Positions 19,148-28,000 of a stretch of 64,000 nt of DNA are shown one piece after another. This stretch comes from Phycisphaera mikurensis NBRC 102666 (GTDB lineage Bacteria > Planctomycetota > Phycisphaerae > Phycisphaerales > Phycisphaeraceae). The position numbers and the translations under genes are program-made. Position 1 is the first letter of the stretch. Every line of letters starts with the position of its first letter. Where the stretch lies: contig NC_017080.1 in assembly GCF_000284115.1 (NCBI RefSeq), positions 3,401,534 to 3,465,533 on the forward strand. Direction: 5' to 3'. The notes beneath the pieces were generated by a model that saw nothing but the letters and a program-made list of their open reading frames with translations, searched no databases and was not told the DNA's origin.

Positions 19148-19909
19148 ATGGCTCCAGCTTCCTCCCCACCCGCGGCCGCCGCGACGGCCACCGATCCCGC
19201 GGCGGCGGCGAGCCGGCTGCGCACCGTGCTGCTGCGCGTCTGCTGGATCGCCATCCCCGTGCTCGCGCTGATGAACGTGCTCGACCGGGTGCTCGACGAC
19301 CGCCTGCCGATCGCCACGCTGAACATGGTGATGGGCAAGTTCCACATGGACTTCGACCTCTCGATCCCCGCGTGGTTCACGGTCCAGCTCATCTTCCTCT
19401 CCGCCGCGGTCACCGGCGGCCTGGCCTGGCGGGCGTGGCGGCGCGGCGGCCCCGACGCGTGGCGGTACACGCTCCTCGCGGGGGTGCTGTTGTTTCTCTC
19501 CGCGGACGAGTCCGCGGGGCTGCACGAGCTGCTCGGAACCGCCATGCGGGAGCGGCTGAATCTCTCGGGGCTGCTCTTCTTCGGGTGGATGATCCCGGTG
19601 GGGCTTGCCGCCGCGGGCGTGGGCGTCTGCATGATCCCGCTGCTCAAGCGGCTGCCGGCGGCCACCCGCAACACGATGATCCTCGGCGGCGGCGTCTACA
19701 TCCTGGGAGCCGCCGGCCTGGAGATGCTCGCCGGCCCCTTCGCCGAGGCCGGCAACGGCCAGGGCATCGAGTTCTTCACGCTGATGACCGTCGAGGAGTG
19801 CCTCGAGATGGCGGGCATGCTCATCTACCTGCAGGCCGCCAGCGCCTTCCTGCTCGGGCAGGTGGAGGTGCCGCTGCGCGAGCCCGACGCCGCGGTCGCG
19901 ATCGCCTGA
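19148..19909 (+). CDS. Integral membrane protein (at least 6 predicted TM helices), function unknown
   Basis: ATG at 19148 inside track ORF 18869..19909. There are repeated hydrophobic segments; no motif recognised. Confidence 0.4.
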   Translation: MAPASSPPAAAATATDPAAAASRLRTVLLRVCWIAIPVLALMNVLDRVLDDRLPIATLNMVMGKFHMDFDLSIPAWFTVQLIFLSAAVTGGLAWRAWRRGGPDAWRYTLLAGVLLFLSADESAGLHELLGTAMRERLNLSGLLFFGWMIPVGLAAAGVGVCMIPLLKRLPAATRNTMILGGGVYILGAAGLEMLAGPFAEAGNGQGIEFFTLMTVEECLEMAGMLIYLQAASAFLLGQVEVPLREPDAAVAIA

Positions 19910-20001
19910 TCCCAAGCCCGCGGCCGGGGGCACCGCAGCCGCCGCCCCCGCGGATCGCCGCCCCGGCCGGGCTGGAAGGCACGCGGTCCGCGGCGCGTCG
20001 C

Positions 20002-20805
20002 TCAAACGATCGAGTCGATGATCCCGCCCTCGCAGCGGAGCGTCGCGCCGGTGGTGGCCGAAGCGAGCGGCGACACGGCGAAGGCGACCAGGTCCGCGAC
20101 CTCCTCCGGTGTCGCGAAGCGGGCGATCAGCGAGCCCGGCCGCTGCTCCTCGAAGAACCGCGTCTTCATCTCGTCCACGCTCAAGCCCTTCTCCGCCGCG
20201 ACCTGCTCCACGAAGGCCGCGACGCCCTCGGTCCAGGTCGGCCCCGGCAGCACGCTGTTCACCGTGATCCCGCTGCCCCCAAGCTCCTTCGCGAGCCCGC
20301 GTGACAGCGCCAGCTGGGCGCTCTTGGTCACCCCGTAGTGGATCATCTCCTCGGGCGTGCACACGCCCGACTCGCTGGAGATGAAGACCACGCGGCCCCA
20401 GCCGGCGTGCTTCATCCGCGGCAGCAGCGCCCGCGTCATCCGAACCCCCGACATCACGTTCAGATCGAAGATCCCCGCCCAATCTTCGTCCGTGATCTTC
20501 TCGAACGACTTCGGCGCGTACGCGCCCGCGTTGTTCACCAGCACGTCCACCATCGCGACGTGCTCGGCCGCCGCCGCGAGGTCCAGCGCCCCGCGCTCCG
20601 CCGAGAGGTCGGCCGCGACGCCGTGCACGTCGGCGCCGGCGACCTCCCCGCGCAGCTTCTCGACCGCCTCCGCAACCGAGCCCTCGCTCCGCCCGTTGAC
20701 CGTGACGGTCGCGCCTTCCCTCAGCAGCCGCTCCGCGATCGCGAAGCCGATGCCCTTGGTCGATCCGGTCACCAGCGCGTGCTTGCCGTTGAGTTTCAGG
20801 TCCAT
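20002..20805 (-). CDS. SDR-family oxidoreductase
   Basis: 'ALVTGSTKGIGFAIA' (TGxxxGIG), 'NNAG' and the 'YGVTK' catalytic YxxxK. Start at 'MDLKLNGKH' (cat 20803-20805) inside track ORF 20002..22011. Confidence 0.85.
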   Translation of the reverse strand: MDLKLNGKHALVTGSTKGIGFAIAERLLREGATVTVNGRSEGSVAEAVEKLRGEVAGADVHGVAADLSAERGALDLAAAAEHVAMVDVLVNNAGAYAPKSFEKITDEDWAGIFDLNVMSGVRMTRALLPRMKHAGWGRVVFISSESGVCTPEEMIHYGVTKSAQLALSRGLAKELGGSGITVNSVLPGPTWTEGVAAFVEQVAAEKGLSVDEMKTRFFEEQRPGSLIARFATPEEVADLVAFAVSPLASATTGATLRCEGGIIDSIV

Positions 20806-20837
20806 GGCCGACGGTAGCGCCGGCCCGGCCCCGCCGA

Positions 20838-21854
20838 TCACCTCACCCGGATCACGACCTTGCCCACGTGCTTCTGCTGCTGGAAGTAGCTGTAGGCCTC
20901 GACCGCCTCCTCGAAGGCGAACGTCCGGTCGATCTTCGGCTTGATCCGATTCGCCTCCACCGCCTGTGCCAGCCCCTCGAACTGCGCCACCGAGCCGACG
21001 TAGATGCCGCGGATCGTCTGCGCATTCAGCAGCGCCGGCAGCACCGAGGGCTGCTCGTCGGGATTCGTGAGCAGCCCGATCAGAGAGATCGTCCCGCCCA
21101 CGCGCACGCTCTTCAGCGACCGCTCCAGCGTGCCCGCTCCGCCCACCTCCAGCACGTTGTCGACGCCGCGGCCGCCGGTGATCCGCAGCACCTCCTCGTG
21201 CCAGTCCGGCGTATTGCCGTAGTTGATGACGTGGTCCGCCCCGAGCCCGCGGGCCAGGCCCAGCTTCTCGTCGCTGGAGCTGGTGACGATCGTCGTCGCC
21301 CCCGCGGCGTGCGCGAGCTGCAGCCCGAACACGCTCACCCCGCCCGTCCCCAGCAGCAGCACCGTGTCGCCGGGCTTCAGCCCCGCCGAGGTGAGCGCGT
21401 TCCACGCCGTCACCCCCGCGCACGGCAGCGTCGCAGCCTGCTCGTGGCTGAGGTGCGCCGGCACCCGCACCAGCGCCTCCTCGCTCGCCACGATTCGCTC
21501 CGCCAGCACCCCCTCCAGCCCGCCCCCCAGCGACGACCGCGCCCCCGCCTCGGTCAGCCCGCCCGCGGGATGCTTCGCCAGGAAGTTGGGCATGACGCGG
21601 TCCCCCTCGCTCCACCTCCGGACGGCGGAGCCCACCTCGACGACCTCCCCCGAGGCGTCCGACAGCGGCACCACCGGCGAGGTGTCGTTCCGCGGGTACC
21701 CGCCCCGCGTCACGATCAGGTCCCGGAAGTTCAGTGAGCAAGCGTGTACCTCCACCCGCACCTCGTGCGGCAGCAGCTCCCCCGGCTCCTCCACGTCCAC
21801 CCGGGAGATGGCCTCGGGAACGCCGGCGTCTGACACAATGCGGTAAGCCTTCAT
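20838..21854 (-). CDS. Zinc-independent MDR-family NAD(P)H quinone oxidoreductase / alcohol dehydrogenase
   Basis: 'MKAYRIVS...' start (cat 21852-21854). 'LLLGTGGVSVFGLQLA' is a GxGxxG cofactor motif. The MDR fold is recognisable throughout. Confidence 0.8.
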   Translation of the reverse strand: MKAYRIVSDAGVPEAISRVDVEEPGELLPHEVRVEVHACSLNFRDLIVTRGGYPRNDTSPVVPLSDASGEVVEVGSAVRRWSEGDRVMPNFLAKHPAGGLTEAGARSSLGGGLEGVLAERIVASEEALVRVPAHLSHEQAATLPCAGVTAWNALTSAGLKPGDTVLLLGTGGVSVFGLQLAHAAGATTIVTSSSDEKLGLARGLGADHVINYGNTPDWHEEVLRITGGRGVDNVLEVGGAGTLERSLKSVRVGGTISLIGLLTNPDEQPSVLPALLNAQTIRGIYVGSVAQFEGLAQAVEANRIKPKIDRTFAFEEAVEAYSYFQQQKHVGKVVIRVR

Positions 21855-21922
21855 GATCTTTTCCTTCGGGAGCGAGAGAAAGTGAGATAGTTCGATTCCG
21901 ATCGAACAGTACCGAGCCACGC

Positions 21923-22228
21923 ATGCCGCCGCAACCGTCCGAGCCCGACGCCGCCGACCTCGACCTGCCCCGGGTCCTCCGCGCGCTCGCCGATCCGGTC
22001 CGACTCGACATCGTCCGCTACGCGCACGCCCACCCCGGCGCGCCCTGCTCCACCATCCTCGCCGACGTTCCCAAGAGCACCGCCAGCCACCACTGGAGGG
22101 TCCTCCGCGAGGCCGGCCTGCTCCACCAGGAACCCGCCGGCCGCCAGAAGCTCAACCACCTGCGGAAGGCCGAAGTCGATACCGCGTACCCCGGCCTCCT
22201 CGACGCCGTGCTCGCCGGGCGTGAGTAG
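21923..22228 (+). CDS. ArsR/SmtB-family HTH transcriptional regulator, divergent from the MDR oxidoreductase
   Basis: 'LRALADPVRLDIVRYAH...STASHHWRVLREAGLL' is a canonical ArsR HTH. Length is 101 aa. Confidence 0.75.
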   Translation: MPPQPSEPDAADLDLPRVLRALADPVRLDIVRYAHAHPGAPCSTILADVPKSTASHHWRVLREAGLLHQEPAGRQKLNHLRKAEVDTAYPGLLDAVLAGRE

Positions 22229-22254
22229 CGGGCTTGTTGGCGTTCCTCTCGCTG

Positions 22255-22645
22255 GCCTCGGGCCGGTTGCTGACGCGGCCCCAGCGGGAGTCGCGTTCTT
22301 CCGGCGTGCTGCCGGGGCCGAGGGATTGGCCGTCCCGGCGGGCGTTGGCATTGGCGAAGGTCCCGATCCAGCTCTGCGTGGTCCCGAACTGCTCCTTCAT
22401 CACGCAGAGGAAGGGGTCGGGGATCTTGTCGACGACGCGGATCTCCTGCGGGAGCGAAGCGCCGGGCGCTTCGCCGCCCGGGGCTCGCCCCCCCCGGGAG
22501 CGTTGGCTCCCGTCCAGCCTCGCAGCCGCCGCCTCCAACGCCGCCACGGTCCCGGCGACATCGACCTCCAGGTTCACCGGTGCCGGTGGCAAGCGGCGGA
22601 TGCGCCCGAGCCTGCCGGAGTGGATCCACCTCGCGAGGTCCACGG
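22255..22645 (-). pseudogene. Decayed paralogous copy of the 3' end (C-terminal domain) of the giant ATPase gene
   Basis: DNA at 22262-22635 aligns with 25045-25400 at roughly 75-80% identity (for example 'gatccagctctgc..tgctccttcatcacg.agaggaagg.gtcggggatcttgt.gacgacgcggatctcctgcggg'). The encoded 'RLPPAPVNLEVDVAG.VAALEAAAA.LDGSQRSRG...PQEIRVV.KIPD.FL.VMKEQF...QSWI...NAR.DGQ' matches the giant protein's C-terminus. The corresponding stop is lost and the ORF reads into the 3' end of arsR. Confidence 0.45.
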
Positions 22646-22647
22646 TT

Positions 22648-23637
22648 CTAACGCCGCGTCGCCCGCAGGATCCACCAGCCGCGGCGGTGGTCGGCGCCGG
22701 TGTAGAAGAGCACGCCCGCACCGCCTTCGCCCGTGGCGAAGCTGATCGAGGGGGCGATGATCTCGGAACGTTCCAGCGGGCCGTGCTGGACGAGCAGGGG
22801 TGCGGGGTCGGGCGTCCAGGGGCCGAAGGGGTGGTCGGCGGTCGCGCGGAAGATGGCCTCGCGGTCGCCGTGGGCGTCCGTGCGCACGGCGACGAAGCCG
22901 CCGCCGGGCCGCGGGGTGACCTGGCCCTCCATCCCGATCGGGCAGTCGACCTCGGCGGGCTCGCTCCAGGTGGTGCCGCCGTCGGCGGAGGTCGCGCCGA
23001 GGACGCGGACGCGCGTCACGCGATCGGGCGGGGCGTCCCAGGCGAGGAAGACCAGGTGCAGCGTTCCCTCGTGCTCCACGACGCTCGGGGAGGTCACGCA
23101 GTGGACGAACGCGCCGGCGAGGTGCCCGCGCTCCACGACCGGGCCGGGTCGCTCGCGGTACGGGCCCTCCGCGGAGGCGGCCTCGGCGACGTGCAGCTGC
23201 GCCTCGTAGCTCGCTTCGTCCGCGTAGGCGATGTACCACAGCCGGTGACGGCCCCCGGCGGTGGCGCGGTGGAAGCCGGTCTCGCGGCTGATCGCCGGGG
23301 CTCCGGCGGGCCGGAGGATCTCGATCGTCCGGCCCGGCGCCCATCCGCCGGCCGCCCCGCGGGTGGCGAGCTTGAGCGCAGGCCGGTCGTCGTGGTCACC
23401 GGTGTAGAGCATGCGAACGACGCCGCGACCGTCCGCGAACACGTGCGGATCGCTCGCCACCTCGTACCCGCCGCCGGGCAGCGGGTCGCGCAGGATCGCA
23501 CCGGCGGGATCGCGGTGCCAAGCCCCGACCGCCGCCGCGGGGGCCGCCTCGCCGCAGCCGGGCATGCAGAGGCAGGCGGCGGCGGCGACGGCCACCCAGA
23601 GCCTCGCCGGCGATCGCTTCGGGATGCTGCGGATCAT
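22648..23637 (-). CDS. Secreted or lipoprotein glycoside-hydrolase-like five-bladed beta-propeller protein (GH43/GH32-like)
   Basis: Signal peptide with 'CMPGC'. Repeated Asp/Glu-containing blades ('VASDPHVF', 'WYIAYADE', 'HLVFLAWD', 'GGTTWSEP'). The family call is tentative. Confidence 0.45.
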   Translation of the reverse strand: MIRSIPKRSPARLWVAVAAAACLCMPGCGEAAPAAAVGAWHRDPAGAILRDPLPGGGYEVASDPHVFADGRGVVRMLYTGDHDDRPALKLATRGAAGGWAPGRTIEILRPAGAPAISRETGFHRATAGGRHRLWYIAYADEASYEAQLHVAEAASAEGPYRERPGPVVERGHLAGAFVHCVTSPSVVEHEGTLHLVFLAWDAPPDRVTRVRVLGATSADGGTTWSEPAEVDCPIGMEGQVTPRPGGGFVAVRTDAHGDREAIFRATADHPFGPWTPDPAPLLVQHGPLERSEIIAPSISFATGEGGAGVLFYTGADHRRGWWILRATRR

Positions 23638-23754
23638 CGCGTGCTCCTCGCAAAAGGCTGAGGATCCCGATCGCGTGGTCCGTTCTCGGGCGACACGCCG
23701 CTTCGCGCCGGCTGCCGGCGGTGCGCCCCGGGGTCCGCCGGACCCGTCCGGGCT

Positions 23755-24225
23755 TCAGATCGGATCGGCCGAGGCATAGAGCACCGCGCTCACCCGTCGC
23801 ACCCGATCCAGCTGAGCCGGCGGCAGCGTGATCATCAGGCTGGCGAGCTGGGTCTGCTCGCCCGCGGGGATGCCGTCGTCCCCGAAGCTCGACTGGCTCG
23901 ACGCGCCGATGAGTTCGCCCGCCGCGTCGAAGACCGCGACGTGCATGCTCACGTGGCGGGCTCCGTCGGCCTCGTTGAACAGCTGCGCCGACACCATCAG
24001 CTTCTCGCGGCCGAAGAATTCGCCGCGGTAGAAGGACGTCTCGAGGCGGACCGACGCCGCTTCGAGCTGGAACGCCGGCGCCCCTTCCGGCGGCCCGAAC
24101 TCGCTCGCGGGCAGCGCCTCGAAGCCGACCGAGGCGGCCTCGGAAGCCGGTCCCGCGAACGCGGTCGCCGAGGCCAGCCACACCGCCGCGAACGCGGCCA
24201 CGATCCGGCAGGGAAGGGATCTCAT
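23755..24225 (-). CDS. Secreted hypothetical protein
   Basis: Clear signal peptide 'IVAAFAAVWLASATAFAGPAS'. Composition is protein-like. Confidence 0.4.
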   Translation of the reverse strand: MRSLPCRIVAAFAAVWLASATAFAGPASEAASVGFEALPASEFGPPEGAPAFQLEAASVRLETSFYRGEFFGREKLMVSAQLFNEADGARHVSMHVAVFDAAGELIGASSQSSFGDDGIPAGEQTQLASLMITLPPAQLDRVRRVSAVLYASADPI

Positions 24226-24452
24226 CCCCCGAAGCTACCGCAACACGGCCGCCGGGGCCCCGCCCCAAGATCTCGGGCCTTCCCCAGGATCCTCCGCCCT
24301 TGCACCGGAGCCCGCCTTGGCGTCGCGGCCGGGCCGTGGAGGAGCTCCGGCCCCTTCCCGCGAGACGAGGCCGCGGCTGGGGTCTAGTGTCGACGGGACG
24401 TCGCCGGAGGAGGCGGCGTCATCCTCGGGTCGAGAAACGAAGGAGTGGTGAA

Positions 24453-24995
24453 ATGCGGATCCCAACGATGGGAGCGCTTGTGATTGGTGCCGCGGGCGCA
24501 AGCGGCGTCGCGGCTGCGCAGAGCGTGGAGGGGTCGATCGTGAGCGGCGGAACCACCGTCACCTCGGGCACGGCAACGCCGGGGCCGGGGGTGGAGTTCC
24601 GCGGCGAGGTCTTCCGCAACGAGATCTTCGGTGTCAACAGCGCCGACGCCTTCATCGACGTGGACGACGACGGGCTGGGCGCGAGCTTCGGGATCGAGCG
24701 GACGGCCGGCTCCGCCGGGGTGTCGTCCGAAACGCCGGTGACGTTCACGCTCTCTGGCGCCGCGGTCGCGGGCATCGCCTCGGTGGACCTGCTCGACGAG
24801 AGCTTCGGCCAGGACCGGCCCGTCGAGAGCAGCTTCCGCGGCGGCACGCTGACGGTGACGCTGACCAACGGCTTCTTCGTGGGCTCCTCCGACCCCAGCC
24901 GCGCGGCGGACTTCGGCTTCACGCCGATCCCCGAGCCCGCCGCGGCGGGGGTTCTCGCCCTCGGCAGCGCGGCTCTGCTCCGCCGGCGAGGCTGA
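24453..24995 (+). CDS. PEP-CTERM sorting-domain protein (exosortase substrate)
   Basis: ATG at 24453 is preceded by an AAGGAG Shine-Dalgarno at 24441-24446. There is a signal peptide, and the C-terminus 'TPIPEPAAAGVLALGSAALLRRRG' is a textbook PEP motif plus TM plus basic tail. Confidence 0.7.
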   Translation: MRIPTMGALVIGAAGASGVAAAQSVEGSIVSGGTTVTSGTATPGPGVEFRGEVFRNEIFGVNSADAFIDVDDDGLGASFGIERTAGSAGVSSETPVTFTLSGAAVAGIASVDLLDESFGQDRPVESSFRGGTLTVTLTNGFFVGSSDPSRAADFGFTPIPEPAAAGVLALGSAALLRRRG

Positions 24996-25013
24996 AACGC
25001 CTGTCACCAGGCC

Positions 25014-28000
25014 TCAGCTCCGGTCGCTGTTCTCGAGCTTGTCGATGACGCGGCCCCAGCGGTGGGTGAGCTTGTCGAGGGTCTGCTGCAGCTCGGTGAG
25101 CTGGCCGTCCTGGCGGGCGTTGACCTGGGCGAAGGGCTCGATCCAGCTCTGCATGATCTCGAATTGCTCCTTCATCACGTAGAGGAAGGTGTCGGGGATC
25201 TTGTTGACGACGCGGATCTCCTGCGGGTGCGTATCGCCGGTGGCTCGCTCCCCCCGGGAGCGTTGACTCCCGTCCAGCTTCGCAGCCGCCGCCTCCAACG
25301 CCGCCACGATCCCGGCGACGTCGACCTCCAGGTTCACCGGCGCCGGTGGCAAGCGGCCGTCGCGGACGGCCGAGGCGATCCCGCCGATCGCGGCGTTCAC
25401 CTTCGAAAGCTCGGCGATGGCCGCGGCGGTCGCGTCGCCGGACGAAACGGCGGCGGCGACGGAGGCCGCGGAGCCACTGATCTTGCTCAGCTCGGCGATG
25501 GCGGCGGCGGTCGCGTCGCCGGACGAAACGGCGGCGGCGACGGAGGCCGCGGAGCCACTGATCTTGCTCAGCTCGGCGATGGCGGCGGCGGTCGCGTCGC
25601 CGCCGAGTGCTCTGACGCTGTTGTTCCGCACGAAGGCGGACTTGATCTCCACCCACCGCTCTTCCTGCTCGGGTGTGAGCCCGAAGACCAGCTCGCGGAA
25701 CTTGAGCAGGTTGGCCTCGGCGCCGGTGGTGAGCGTCTGCGCATCCTGCTCGTAGGCGGAGACGATCAGCTCCCGCAGCTCCGCGTCGTTCATGACGGCG
25801 GAGACCTTCTCGGCGATGCGGTTCATGTTCCGGTAGCTGCCTTGCAGCAGGAACGGCGGCTCGGTGCGGTAGTCGTCGTCCTGACCGGCGGAGGCGATGT
25901 ACGCGAGGTTGACCTTCAGGATCACATCGCGGACGCGGGCCAGCTTCCGCACGACCTCGACCATCTCCGCCAGCTCGTCGGGCGGGAAGCTCCCGTCGAA
26001 CTCGACTCCGTCGGGCGAGGCGCCGCCGGCGAGGCGGATGACGCGGTGAACGTCGTCGCGGGTTGCCGTGGCCAGCGGGTTCAGCGCCGGGTTGCTGGTG
26101 AGCGCGTTCTCGAGGTAGCTCATCTCGAAGGCGTCGCCGTGCGCCCCGATGATGTCGCCGAGGTTGTACGTGTCGGCCCGGTTGCTGAGCATGTCCGGGA
26201 TGCGGAAGGCCTCGCCCGACTCCGTGTACGGGTTGCCGGCCATGACCACGGCGACCCGCCGGCCGCGGAAGTCGTAGGCCTTGGGCTTGCCGTGGCGGAC
26301 GCCCTCGATCCGGCGCTGGGCGTCGCAGAGGCTGATGAACTTCTGCAGGAACGCGGGGTTCGTGTGCTGGATGTCGTCGACGTAGACCATCACGTTGTCG
26401 CCCATCTCAAAGCCGAGGTTCAGCTTCTGCAGCTCCTCCTTCGCCGCGGCGTTGGTGGCCTCGGCGGGGTCCAGCGAAGTGACGCCGTGCCCGAGCGCCG
26501 GGCCGTTGATCTTGAGGAACACCATGCCCAGCCGGGCGCACACGTATTCCATCAGCGTCGTCTTGCCGTAGCCGGGCGGCGAGATGAGCAGCAGCAGGCC
26601 CATGCGGTCGGTCCGGGTGTCGGCGCCGGCGGTGCCGATCTGCTTGGCGAGGTTGTCGCCGATCAGCGGCAGGAAGACCTCGTCGAGCAGCCGATTCCGG
26701 ACGAAGCTGGTGAGCACCTTCGGCTTGAAGGTGTCGAGCCGCATCTGGTCGCGGGCTTCTTTAAGCACCTCGTGCTTGGTGTCGCTGAACGCCTCGAACG
26801 CGGCGACGCCGGCGGTGGCGAAGCGCCGCATGCGCGGGACCCAGACCGGGTAATCGATCGTCAGCTCGCCGCCGCGGATGCGGGGGTGGTCGCCGACGAG
26901 GTTCTCCACGCTGCGCGTTGGCGAGGCGTCGAGGACGCGGAGGTTGTTCTCACCTCCGGCGAGGCGCAGCGCAACTTCCGGGTCACGATCCCAGGTGCGG
27001 GCGAGGCGGAAGCGCTCCACGGCATCCGGAGCCGCTTCGAGCGCGGCGGCGAGCGGCTCGCCCGCCGTCTCGCGCAGCGAGGCGGCGGACGCAACCGCCC
27101 CGCCGCTCGCCGCGAAGCGGACCTCGCCGCCGATCCCCGCGAGGCCGACCTCGGCGGCGAGCACGGCAACGGCCTCGTCGGCTTGCTCGGCCGTGAACCC
27201 CCCGACCTCCTCCGCGAATCCGCGGACCGTGGCCTCCAGCGCCGGGAAACCTCCACGGTCCGCGGCATCCGCCTCTGCCTCTGTGCCTCCTCTGTGCCTC
27301 TGTGCCTCCGTGTCCTCTGCGTTCCGCGAAGCGGGTCCCGGAGACGCGGCCGCGGCGGCGTTGGCGAGGCGGAGGTGCCACAGCTTCCGCTCATCGTCGG
27401 TGGCGCCGGCCTCCCACCAAAGCTGCGCCAGCACCCGAGCGGGGGCGGAGAAGCGGAGCGTGCCCAGCGTGTCCCGCAGCTCGACCAGGGCCGACAGGAT
27501 CTTCGCCGCGTCGGCGTCGTGGACGCCCTTCACGTAGCCCTCGGCGTAGCGCGGCGCCATGTACGCCTGCACCGCCTCGACGGAGGTGCCCGCGCCCGCT
27601 TCGAGCATGAGGTACGCGAGGTACTCCGCCCGGTACACGCTCGCGGACTCGCTGACCAGCGCCTGGTCCCACCGCGCAGACGCTCCACGCAGGCGGGGAT
27701 CCGCAACCTCCTCGAAGAACTGCGTGCCGGTGACGTGCAGCACCGGCGTGTCGTCGCGGTGCACGAGCGTCAGGTCGATCGGCTGCGTGCTGATCGCGAA
27801 GGTGTGCCGGCCGAAGCGGATCGTGTCGCGGCCGCCGCCCTGCAGGTCGAGCCGATCCTTGAGCCGCCGGACGGCGTCCTCCTTCGCGGCCTTCAGCCCC
27901 GCGCGCAGGTCACCCTCGCGTACCCGGTCGTCCATCCCGCCCAGCTCGTCCGCGAGGTCGCGGAGCTTCTCGACCATCAGGTCGCCGGCGAAGTAGGCGT

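Noticed and set aside
22018-22629. 203-aa minus-strand ORF over the orphan fragment region
   Set aside because: It is in a different frame from the segment homologous to the giant protein's C-terminus, and it is Arg/Pro-rich.
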